Assembly: GCA_028698185.1 (NCBI GenBank) | Contig: JAQVDW010000006.1 | Coordinates: 30,001-62,000 of the forward strand | Origin: Erysipelotrichaceae bacterium | Lineage (GTDB): Bacteria > Bacillota_I > Bacilli_A > Erysipelotrichales > Coprobacillaceae | Direction of reading: 5' to 3' | DNA length: 32,000 nucleotides | Part shown: positions 9,089 to 17,614 of the stretch, one piece after another | How positions within the stretch are numbered: position 1 is the stretch's first letter | How the letters are laid out: every line of letters begins with the position of its first letter | Notes under the pieces: model-generated | Databases searched by the model: none | Seen by the model: the letters and a program-made list of their open reading frames with translations, nothing else | Told to the model about the DNA's origin: nothing | Made by a program: the position numbers and the translations under genes

Positions 9089-10008
9089 GGATAGTCGCGG
9101 ATCTCTTCCAATATCTTCGCGACAGTCAGCGACTTGCTGTAAGTCATGATTTTGTCTTCGTAGTAGTTTTTCGTAAATGCGATGACCTGCGAGTACAGAT
9201 CGTCATATTCGTAATCCTGGTGATATCTGGTTATATGGTCCTGGATCACACTGAATTCGACGGGGCGATGCATCAGGGGCACTTCGATTATCCCCTTGTC
9301 GCCGATTATCTTCATCATGCTCGCTTTCTTGCGATCGATGCCGCATTCGACAATGGCAGTGACCCCGTTGAAATCGAGCAATGCCAGGGTATAGAGATTG
9401 ACCCCGTCCCTTTCATTCTTCTTGACATCCTTGATCTGGTATTGCGATCCAAGGATGTCGACTAAACAGGCCACATTGTAGACCCCGATATCGTACAGGG
9501 ATCCCCCGCAGGCCGGATTGTACAGATAGGAATCAAACCGTTCGTCAAGGTTGCAGATGCACGTCTCTACCTTGATTATCCGGCCGATTGGCTCCTTTTC
9601 GAGAACTTCCTTGAGCTTGCGATAAGCGGGAGTGTAAAGGCTCTTCAAGGCCTCCATGACCTTGACTCCTTTTTCCTTGGCCAGATCGGTCAGCTCTTTT
9701 GTCTGGGCCAGGCTCATGGTCATCGGCTTCTCGATCAATACCGGAACCCCCTTTTCAAGGACTTCCTTGGCGATCTGGAAATGGGAATCATGAGGTGTGG
9801 CGATATAAATGAAATTCAAGTCCTGTTTCAACATCTCATGATAGTCATCATAGCTGTGGGGCACGTTGAAATGGGCCGCCACGCTTTGCGCCTTTTGCAG
9901 GTTCCTTGAACTGATGGCAAAAACTTCCTGATCATCAATATTCTTGATTGTCTTTAAAAATCTGGTTGCAATGTTTCCTGCACCGATTACTCCCCAACGA
10001 ATCATCAT
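9082..10008 (-). CDS. Gfo/Idh/MocA family NAD(P)-dependent oxidoreductase
   Basis: Rossmann N-terminus IRWGVIGAGNIATRF and the EKP motif. I place the start at ATG 10008 (MMIRWG) rather than the ORF-track 10026. The reasons are a GGAGG 5 nt upstream and an ATGA start/stop overlap with mutM. Confidence 0.85.
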   Translation of the reverse strand: MMIRWGVIGAGNIATRFLKTIKNIDDQEVFAISSRNLQKAQSVAAHFNVPHSYDDYHEMLKQDLNFIYIATPHDSHFQIAKEVLEKGVPVLIEKPMTMSLAQTKELTDLAKEKGVKVMEALKSLYTPAYRKLKEVLEKEPIGRIIKVETCICNLDERFDSYLYNPACGGSLYDIGVYNVACLVDILGSQYQIKDVKKNERDGVNLYTLALLDFNGVTAIVECGIDRKKASMMKIIGDKGIIEVPLMHRPVEFSVIQDHITRYHQDYEYDDLYSQVIAFTKNYYEDKIMTYSKSLTVAKILEEIRDYPC

Positions 10009-10814
10009 GATTTCCTCCTTTGGCATTTAGGGCAATAGTATGTCGAACGCCCTTTTATTTTTTCTTTTATAATTTCACTATGACATATTTTACATTCTTT
10101 TTGAAGATGAACTTGCAAACTCACCTGAAATAACCCGTCGATTCCGTTGGCCGAAAAGGAATGGATCGTCGTGCCGCCCTGGGCGATCGCCGCCTCGAGT
10201 ATCTTGCAGCTGGCCTGGACAAGCTGTTCCACCCTTTTGAGCGTCAGTCTCTTACCCGGGGTGAATGGATTGATCCCCATGGCAAAACAGATCTCGTTGG
10301 CATAGATGTTGCCGATTCCCGCCATGATTGTCTGGTCAAGCAACAGGTGCTTGATCGGGATGTCCGACTTGTGGATTCTCTGGTACACCACCTTGGCATC
10401 GGCGCAAAACGGCTCCGGCCCCAGCTTCGACAAAGGGAGCTGGTTTTTGTAATCCGATTTGGAACTTAGCACCATCCGGCCAAACTTCCGGGTGTCATTG
10501 TAGCTTAAATAAGTGCCGTCATCAAGATAAAAAATGATGTGGTCATGCTTGGAGAATTCCGGCTTGGTCAGGATGTTGTACTTGCCTTCCATGCGCAGAT
10601 GGGAAACAAACGCGGTATCCTCCAAAACAAAGATAAGATACTTGCCCACCCGATCGAGATCGGTGATCAACTGACCGACAACCGCCCGCTTGAACTGGTC
10701 AAGATCGTTTTCAATGATGCGGGGATAGTTGACCCTGATGTCGACTATCCTCTTGTTTACTATAAAATTTTTAAGTGTGTTTTTGACTGTTTCAACTTCC
10801 GGCAGTTCTGGCAT
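10005..10814 (-). CDS. mutM: formamidopyrimidine-DNA glycosylase (Fpg/MutM)
   Basis: 269 aa with N-terminal MPELPEVE (catalytic Pro2) and a C-terminal zinc finger CKIC...CPKC. Confidence 0.95.
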   Translation of the reverse strand: MPELPEVETVKNTLKNFIVNKRIVDIRVNYPRIIENDLDQFKRAVVGQLITDLDRVGKYLIFVLEDTAFVSHLRMEGKYNILTKPEFSKHDHIIFYLDDGTYLSYNDTRKFGRMVLSSKSDYKNQLPLSKLGPEPFCADAKVVYQRIHKSDIPIKHLLLDQTIMAGIGNIYANEICFAMGINPFTPGKRLTLKRVEQLVQASCKILEAAIAQGGTTIHSFSANGIDGLFQVSLQVHLQKECKICHSEIIKEKIKGRSTYYCPKCQRRKS

Positions 10815-10822
10815 TTTTTCAC

Positions 10823-13429
10823 CTACTTGAGATCATACCAGTTCTTGGCATGATTACCTTCAACTTTCAATTCTACTTTAAGATCATAAGCTTCTTTCAT
10901 TCCCTTGATCGCCAGGGCTTCGACAAGTTCGAGCTCGCTGGCGCAAACATCGAATATCAGCTCATCGTGGACCTGGAGAATCAGCTTTGATTTGAGCTTG
11001 TGCTTCTTGAATGATTCACTGACTTTGATCATGGCCAGTTTCAAGATATCGGCTGCCGACCCCTGGATTGGCGAGTTCATCGCCAGCCTTTCGCCTAGCT
11101 GCTGGCGGATCCGGTTTTTCTCGTTTATTTCGGGAATGAACCTCTTGCGGTTGCAGATGGTCGTCACATAGCCTTCCTTCTTGCATTTTTCAATGTTTTT
11201 ATCCATGTACGTCTTGATTTGGGGATACTTCTGGAAATAGCTTTCGATATACTCCTTGGCCTCGTGGCGGCTCACATTGATCTGGCTGGCCAGACCGAAA
11301 TCGGAGATGCCGTAGATGATTCCGAAGTTTACCGCCTTGGCATTGTGGCGCATCTGGCTGGTCACCTCTTCGTAAGGGACATTGAACACCTCGCTGGCGG
11401 TGTAACGGTGGATATCCTGGTCGTCGTTGAACGCCTTGATCAGCGGCTCGACGTTGGCAAGATGGGCGAGAACCCGCAATTCGATCTGGGAATAGTCATA
11501 AGAGACTAGATAGTCATTGGCCGGAATAAAGGCTTTGCGGATAAGTTTCCCTTCCGGCGTGCGGACCGGGATGTTCTGGAGGTTGGGATCCGTCGACGAA
11601 AGACGTCCCGTCTGGGTCAGTGCCTGATTGTACATCGTATGGATTTTGCCGTCGCCAAAAACCTGCTCCTGCAATCCGGTCACATAGGTTGACACCAGCT
11701 TGGTCAAACGGCGGTATTCAAGGATCGCATCGATGATGGCATGGTCGTTACTGAGTTTTTCAAGGACATCGACATTGGTCGAATATCCCGTCTTGGTCTT
11801 CTTGAAGCTCTTTAGCCCGAGCTCCTCGAACAAAACGACACCAAGCTGCTTTGGCGATGATATCGTGAATTCATGGCCCGCGTATTTGAATATTTCGCTG
11901 GTAAGTTCGTCGATACGCTCGTTGAATGTCTTTTCGAGATCTTTCAAGACGGCGATATCGACCTTTGCCCCGAAAAATTCCATGTCCGCCAGGATGTCGC
12001 TTACCGGCATTTCGATATCGGCATAAAGATCGTACTGTCCCGAATGGTTCAACTCCTCGACAAGCCGGTCTTTGATCTTCATGATCCCATCCGCCTGCAA
12101 GCAAAGGTGACGGGCAAGAACCGCATTGTCGGGCACATGTTTTTTGGCCCCTTTGCCATAGACGTTCTCGTCATAGTCGATTGCGGTCGGGATATAGTTG
12201 TCGACCACATATTTGATCTCGTCCTTGGTGGCCGGATTGAGGATGTAGGCCGCCAATTGGACGTCGAAATCGATTCCCCTGATTTCCAGCGAATTCCAGC
12301 GTAAAGCCAGCTTGACTTTTTTCTGGTCATATACCGTCTTCTTGACGTCTTCATCTTCAAGCATCGACTTGAACTTCGCGTCGCTCAAAGCATCCTGGAA
12401 CGAGATGAAATAAGCCTTCTCTTTGGCCGCTATCCCGAACCCTAGCACCGGTGACTTGTGGTAGTTGGCGTCATATACCGCAACGCTCAAGGCGATGTCT
12501 TTTAGATTGTCGGGACAGGTGGAGACGATGGCACATTCGAACTGGGAAGGCTTCAAATCGTCACGGCTGCCCATCTTTTTTAGCAGGGAGTTCATATCGT
12601 AACGCTTGTAGAAATCCGCCAGTGCCTGGTAGTCGTAACCCTTGTATTCGTAATTGGCCAGATCGATGTCGATCTCGACATCGGTTATGATGGTGGCTAT
12701 TTTTTTCGAAAGGAGCCCCTGGTCGATGAATGTCGCTATCTTTTCCTTGAGTTTGCCTTTTAGCTGATCGACATTTTCTGCCAGGTTTTCAATAGTGTCG
12801 TATTCATGAAGCAGCTTCAGGGCTGTCTTTTCACCGATTCCCGGAATTCCAGGAATGTTGTCGGCCTTGTCGCCCATCAGACCCTTGATGTCGCGCATCC
12901 GGTCGGGTACAAGCTTGTACTGTTCAAAAAAGGCCGCCTCATCCATGACCTGGATGTCATTGACCCCTTTGCGGGTGATCAGGACGTGGACGTTGGGCTT
13001 GATCAGCTGGAGCATGTCCTTGTCGCTGGTGATGATATCCACCTGGATACCCTCATTGGCGAGTTGAGTCGCGACGGTCCCGATGACATCGTCACCCTCA
13101 TAGCCTTCGACTTCCTGATAGACGATCCCATGAGCATCGAGGTATTCCCGGACCATGGAAAACTGCGCGCTTAGCTCATCAGGTGCCGATGAACGGGTCT
13201 GCTTGTACACATCGAAAAGTTCGTTGCGGAATGTCTTCTTGCCGTAATCGAAGGCAACCAGCACATATTTGGGTTCCTGTTTGAGAAGATTCTCCATCAT
13301 GTTCGAGAAACCGTAAACCGCATTGGTCGGAACTCCGTCCTTGTTCATCATAAGGTTGCCCATCGCCGCGGTCGCATAATAGGCCCGGTACAGCAAGCTG
13401 TTGCCGTCAATAATTATAATTCTATCCAT
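10823..13429 (-). CDS. polA: DNA polymerase I
   Basis: 868 aa with a 5'-nuclease N-terminus and family A motifs DYSQIELR (A), RHNAKAVNFGIIYG (B) and QVHDE (C). Confidence 0.97.
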   Translation of the reverse strand: MDRIIIIDGNSLLYRAYYATAAMGNLMMNKDGVPTNAVYGFSNMMENLLKQEPKYVLVAFDYGKKTFRNELFDVYKQTRSSAPDELSAQFSMVREYLDAHGIVYQEVEGYEGDDVIGTVATQLANEGIQVDIITSDKDMLQLIKPNVHVLITRKGVNDIQVMDEAAFFEQYKLVPDRMRDIKGLMGDKADNIPGIPGIGEKTALKLLHEYDTIENLAENVDQLKGKLKEKIATFIDQGLLSKKIATIITDVEIDIDLANYEYKGYDYQALADFYKRYDMNSLLKKMGSRDDLKPSQFECAIVSTCPDNLKDIALSVAVYDANYHKSPVLGFGIAAKEKAYFISFQDALSDAKFKSMLEDEDVKKTVYDQKKVKLALRWNSLEIRGIDFDVQLAAYILNPATKDEIKYVVDNYIPTAIDYDENVYGKGAKKHVPDNAVLARHLCLQADGIMKIKDRLVEELNHSGQYDLYADIEMPVSDILADMEFFGAKVDIAVLKDLEKTFNERIDELTSEIFKYAGHEFTISSPKQLGVVLFEELGLKSFKKTKTGYSTNVDVLEKLSNDHAIIDAILEYRRLTKLVSTYVTGLQEQVFGDGKIHTMYNQALTQTGRLSSTDPNLQNIPVRTPEGKLIRKAFIPANDYLVSYDYSQIELRVLAHLANVEPLIKAFNDDQDIHRYTASEVFNVPYEEVTSQMRHNAKAVNFGIIYGISDFGLASQINVSRHEAKEYIESYFQKYPQIKTYMDKNIEKCKKEGYVTTICNRKRFIPEINEKNRIRQQLGERLAMNSPIQGSAADILKLAMIKVSESFKKHKLKSKLILQVHDELIFDVCASELELVEALAIKGMKEAYDLKVELKVEGNHAKNWYDLK

Positions 13430-13441
13430 TTGTATCTCCTT

Positions 13442-16400
13442 TTACACTCTGATTAGCGAGTTGACGATTATCTGCAGCTCGCGCGAATAGTCGACCCGGC
13501 CTTCGATGATCACGTTCGACCCCCGCACCAGCATTTTGGCAAAGCGCTGGTAACTTTCAAAGAACAGGACGCCGGCCAGGCTGGCCGTCTCATCCTGGCC
13601 TTCGATAAAGGCCATGTTGTTGCCGTTTTTGTCCTGGATGACCTTGACTCTGGTCAGGTTGACCAGGACCCGGACTTTTTGGTTGATATGGCTTGACAGA
13701 TCGATCACATCGATATCGACGTGATGGGTCTGCTTGAGATTTGTCAGGGGATGGGAGCTAAGATAGACACCCAATGCCTGCTTTTCCAGCTCCAGGTTGA
13801 TTGCCGCCTGTTTTTTGCCGCCCCAATCGTCCTGATAGGCGACTTCCAGGTCCCCAAGGGCGAATTTGTCAAGATTGAACTTCTTGATGTTTTCATACCG
13901 GGCGACGTGGGCGAAAAGATTATCCTTGATCTCATGAGGGGGATGGTTGAATTCCTTGAAACATCCCGAATCAATCAAAGCCATCATGGTCTGGGCATTG
14001 ATCTTGTTGTCCATCCGGTAGATGAAGTCATCGATGCTTTCAAACGGCCGGTCCGACCGTACCTGCTCTAGCTTGGCATAGAATGCCTGTCCGACATTCC
14101 TGATGGCAACAAGCGAGAAGCGGATATTCCCGTTTTCAACGCTGAAGTAATTGTATGAGTAGTTGATCGAAGGTGGCAAGATCTTGATGTTGAGCTTGCG
14201 GCACTCGTTGATGGCCTTGATCAGCGTCTTGGTGTTGGACGAATCATTCGTCAAAATGGCGCTGTAGAACTCAAGGGGAAAATTCGCCTTGAGGTAAGCG
14301 AGGTAGTACGCCACGTAGGCATAAGAGACGCTGTGGGCCTTGTTGAAGCCGTAGTTCGCGAACTTGAGAATCACATCAAACGACCTGTTTGCCTGGTCTT
14401 GGGAATAGCCATTGGCCTTTGCCCCCTGGATGTATTCGTCTTTGAGTTCCATCATCAGCGAAGCCTGCTTTTTTGACATCGCCTTGCGCAGCTTGTCCGC
14501 CTTGGAGAGCGAAAACGAGGCGATTTTCTGGACCGCGAGCATGATCTGTTCCTGGTAGATCATTATGCCATACGTCGATTGAAGGATGCCTTTGAGATCG
14601 TCAATGATGTAGTCGACTGGCACTTCACCTTTCTTGCGGGCGATATAGTCCGGGATATTTTCCATCGGACCGGGCCGGTAAAGGGCGATTGCCGCGATTA
14701 TGTCCTCGAGACTAGAAATCTGCATCCGCTTGATCAGATCGGTCATCCCGGATGATTCAAGCTGGAAGATGCCTAGGGTGTTGCCGCGGCTTAAAAGGTT
14801 GAAGGTCCGCTTGTCATCGAAGCCGATATCATTTATGTTGATCCTGAGGCCGCGGTTGATTTCAACTTGATCGACGATCGACTTGATCACGCTCAGGTTG
14901 CGCAAACCTAGAAAGTCCATCTTCAAGAATCCGGCTTCCTCGATATAATCCTTGGAATACTGGACAACCCGCAATCCGTTGTTTATGCCTACCGGCGCCA
15001 CTTCAAGCAGGTTGCTCGATGAAAGGACGATTCCGGCCGCATGGGTCGAGGCGTTCTTGGGGATCCTTTCAACCAGGGCGCAACTGCGAAGGATCTTAGC
15101 CATTGCCGGCGAAGAGTCCACCAAAGAGGCGAAATGATTGGAGGTGTTGTAAACTTCCATGATTGTCTTCTTATTCTTGGGCCCGGTGGGAACCTGTTTG
15201 GAAAGCATCTCGAGATACGGCAGGGAAAGACCCATAACCTTGCCTAGATCCTTGATGGCAACCCGCGGGCCGTAAGTCGTAAATGTCACAATCCCGGCCA
15301 CATGGTCGACCCCGTATTTGGAGATGACGTAATTGACGACTTCGTCGCGGCGGGTATCCTGGAAATCGATATCGATATCAGGCATTGAAATCCGATCGAC
15401 ATTCAAAAAGCGTTCGAAAAGCAGGTCGTACCTGATTGGGTCGATGTTCGTAATGCCAAGGCAATAGGACACCAGCGAGCCTGCCGCCGAACCCCGGCCC
15501 GGTCCCACAAGGATCTTGTTTTTTTTGGCGTACTGGACATAGTCGTAGACTATCAAAAAATAGTCGTCAAAGCCCATCTCGTGGATTATCTTGAGTTCAT
15601 AGTCAAGCCGTTGCAAGTAACGGGGTGTTACCTGGCTGGCAAAGCGCTTCTTGAGTCCGACATGGCACAGGACATTCAGGTATTTCTGGGCGGTCTGGTT
15701 TGGCGCGAGCGGAAATCTTGGCAGATGGGCCTCCATCGAATCAAGAGACAAATTGCAGCCATCGATAAACTCGTCGACATTTCCGTTGATCTTGGCGTCG
15801 AAAAGCGCGCTGACCTCATCGAGACTCTTGAGATAGTTGCACGGGTTGTTTGGCTCGTCGTGGACACTCAGGCTCGCCCCACTCAGGCTGGCTTCGAGCA
15901 GATCACAGGCAAAGGCATCCTCGCGTTCGAGATACCTGACCTTGTTGTAGCCGACAACCTTGACCCCGTGGCTGTTGGCCAGATCAATGATTTGGGCGTT
16001 GATCTGGTTTTCCATTTCAATCAATGAAACCGAAATACCAAGGTAGAAATTCTCCTTGAAGTACTCCTTGAAAAGAAGCAAATTGGCGTTTGCCCGCTGG
16101 GGCATCATCCGCTTCAAAGAATAGGCAATCAGGCCGTTGTAGTCGCCCCCGACAACATGGAGATTGCGGGCTTTTTTTGCGAGCTGTTCGATCTCAATGG
16201 CATTATTGCCGCTGGTGTTGATGATCGAAGTTATCCTTACGAGCTCCAGGTAGCCCTGGTAGTTCTTGGCATAAAGCAAAAGCGGATAGGTCTGCGACTC
16301 AATTAGCACCGATGCATTCAACCCGATCAAAGGCTTGATTCCGGATCTGACGCATTCATGATAAAATTCCAGGGCACCGTACATATTGTCATGGTCACAG

Positions 16401-16510
16401 ATTCCCAGGGCGCCGATATTCAATTGTTTAGCTTTAGCGACCAGTTCCCTGATCAAAACTGTGCTCTTTTGAAACGAGTAACTCGTTACAACATTTATAT
16501 TACCCTTCAT
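13442..16510 (-). CDS. dnaE: DNA polymerase III alpha subunit (DnaE type)
   Basis: PHP domain N-terminus, PDIDIDF catalytic region, and a C-terminal OB-like region. Start set at ATG 16510 (MKGNINVVTSYSF), which has a GAGGTGAT RBS. The ORF-track start 16741 runs into the EamA gene and has no RBS. Confidence 0.95.
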   Translation of the reverse strand: MKGNINVVTSYSFQKSTVLIRELVAKAKQLNIGALGICDHDNMYGALEFYHECVRSGIKPLIGLNASVLIESQTYPLLLYAKNYQGYLELVRITSIINTSGNNAIEIEQLAKKARNLHVVGGDYNGLIAYSLKRMMPQRANANLLLFKEYFKENFYLGISVSLIEMENQINAQIIDLANSHGVKVVGYNKVRYLEREDAFACDLLEASLSGASLSVHDEPNNPCNYLKSLDEVSALFDAKINGNVDEFIDGCNLSLDSMEAHLPRFPLAPNQTAQKYLNVLCHVGLKKRFASQVTPRYLQRLDYELKIIHEMGFDDYFLIVYDYVQYAKKNKILVGPGRGSAAGSLVSYCLGITNIDPIRYDLLFERFLNVDRISMPDIDIDFQDTRRDEVVNYVISKYGVDHVAGIVTFTTYGPRVAIKDLGKVMGLSLPYLEMLSKQVPTGPKNKKTIMEVYNTSNHFASLVDSSPAMAKILRSCALVERIPKNASTHAAGIVLSSSNLLEVAPVGINNGLRVVQYSKDYIEEAGFLKMDFLGLRNLSVIKSIVDQVEINRGLRININDIGFDDKRTFNLLSRGNTLGIFQLESSGMTDLIKRMQISSLEDIIAAIALYRPGPMENIPDYIARKKGEVPVDYIIDDLKGILQSTYGIMIYQEQIMLAVQKIASFSLSKADKLRKAMSKKQASLMMELKDEYIQGAKANGYSQDQANRSFDVILKFANYGFNKAHSVSYAYVAYYLAYLKANFPLEFYSAILTNDSSNTKTLIKAINECRKLNIKILPPSINYSYNYFSVENGNIRFSLVAIRNVGQAFYAKLEQVRSDRPFESIDDFIYRMDNKINAQTMMALIDSGCFKEFNHPPHEIKDNLFAHVARYENIKKFNLDKFALGDLEVAYQDDWGGKKQAAINLELEKQALGVYLSSHPLTNLKQTHHVDIDVIDLSSHINQKVRVLVNLTRVKVIQDKNGNNMAFIEGQDETASLAGVLFFESYQRFAKMLVRGSNVIIEGRVDYSRELQIIVNSLIRV

Positions 16511-16554
16511 ATCATCACCTCGTTTCATTATATCATAATTTGGATTAAGGTTGT

Positions 16555-16589
16555 ATTTCGATACTGCAAAAAGTGCAGTTGATCGAAAT
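16555..16589 (-). other. composite 13-bp stem-loop between the EamA gene and dnaE
   Basis: ATTTCGAT-(a)-CTGCA-aaaag-TGCAG-(ttg)-ATCGAAAT on the plus strand, i.e. 8 + 5 bp paired. No U-tract on either strand. Confidence 0.4.
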
Positions 16590-16622
16590 CCGGTTCCTTG
16601 GAAAACAAAAAAGGTCCCACGA

Positions 16623-17522
16623 TCAGGAAACCTTCTTTTCAGGCTTGTAGGCCAGGATGAATATTGTCGCCAGAACCATCGCAAAGCCCAGATAGTCCAG
16701 GGCGATGAAATCAAGATCGAAAATGAGAACCGAGAGGACAAGCGACGTCAGCGGTTCGAACGATCCGAGCATGCTCGCATCCATCGCCCCCACCAAGGAA
16801 GAGCCGTACAGATACAGGCCAAATCCCCCAAGTGTCCCGACCACCACGATGATCAAGGCCGCCACATATCCGGCCAAATCGAGATGCAAGGAGAAGATGT
16901 CGACCCGGTTGAAGACCATCAGCGCCACGCCGCCGATACCCATGGCATATCCGATGACAGTCAAAACCCCATACCGGGAAATCAGCCGCAACGGAATAAG
17001 CATGTACAAAGCCAGCCCCAAAGCGGCATTGAAGCCCCAGAAGATCCCCTCAGGCGAAATTGCCAGCGAATCGATGTTGCCATGGGTGACAAGCAAGAAG
17101 ACCCCGCCAATGGCCAGGGCCATCGAGATCGATTCTTGAAGATTCGGCAATGACTTGCGTTTGAAACACAGGTAGATCAAAATCAGGATCGGACCGAGAT
17201 ACTGGATTACCGTCGCCGTAGGCGCATTGGAATGATAGATTGCGGCAATGTAGGCGTACTGGCAAAAAAGCAGTCCGAATATGCTGAAAACGACAAGGAT
17301 GAAGGTGTCGTGGCGGTTGTTGAAGATCGCATAGATTTCCTTGCCCTTTTGCACCCGCAAGATCGGCAACAAAATCAAAGCCGTAAAAATCATTCTGATC
17401 ACCGTCACCTGGGCCGATGAGACTTCGTAGTTTTCAAAAAAATATTGGGAACAGATTCCCGACACGCCCCAGAACGAGGCTCCCGATATGCTGGCTAGAT
17501 AGCCCTTAACTTTACTGGACAT
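16623..17522 (-). CDS. EamA/DMT-superfamily transporter
   Basis: 299 aa with about 10 hydrophobic helices in a two-EamA-repeat pattern. AAGGAGAG RBS. Confidence 0.8.
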   Translation of the reverse strand: MSSKVKGYLASISGASFWGVSGICSQYFFENYEVSSAQVTVIRMIFTALILLPILRVQKGKEIYAIFNNRHDTFILVVFSIFGLLFCQYAYIAAIYHSNAPTATVIQYLGPILILIYLCFKRKSLPNLQESISMALAIGGVFLLVTHGNIDSLAISPEGIFWGFNAALGLALYMLIPLRLISRYGVLTVIGYAMGIGGVALMVFNRVDIFSLHLDLAGYVAALIIVVVGTLGGFGLYLYGSSLVGAMDASMLGSFEPLTSLVLSVLIFDLDFIALDYLGFAMVLATIFILAYKPEKKVS

Positions 17523-17583
17523 GCGACTCTCCTTTGTTTTTTATATCATTCTATCAAATTACCCGGCTAAAATAAAGCAACAA

Positions 17584-17613
17584 AGCAAAAAGAAAGGCAC
17601 AGATTCACTGTGC
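17584..17613 (-). terminator. rho-independent terminator after the RumA-like gene
   Basis: Minus strand reads GCACAG-tgaat-CTGTGC followed by CTTTCTTTTTGCTTTG. The stem begins 2 nt after the stop codon. Confidence 0.7.
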
Positions 17614-17614
17614 T

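Noticed and set aside
16527-16535. TGaTATAAT as the dnaE promoter.
   Set aside because: The sequence is good, but it lies only 16 nt from the start codon, so the transcript would lack most of the RBS. I left it as an open question and did not annotate it.
16511-16741. A 77-codon 5' extension of the dnaE ORF (ORF-track start 16741).
   Set aside because: The extension overlaps the 3' end of the EamA gene and the intergenic hairpin, and its translation is Trp/Arg/Ser-rich nonsense. The internal ATG at 16510 has a GAGGTGAT RBS, and the protein then begins like other DnaE PHP domains.
16551-17153. Long antisense ORFs opposite well-supported genes. Examples are 16551-17153 (+), 3200-3682 (+), 11873-12304 (+), 15581-16027 (+), 20355-20813 (+), 21660-22190 (+), 25293-25832 (+) and 26275-26748 (+).
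   Set aside because: All lie antisense to conserved housekeeping CDS, lack RBS or promoter signals, and have Arg/His/Asp/Gly-rich shadow-frame composition typical of GC3-rich genes. There is no support for overlapping genes.
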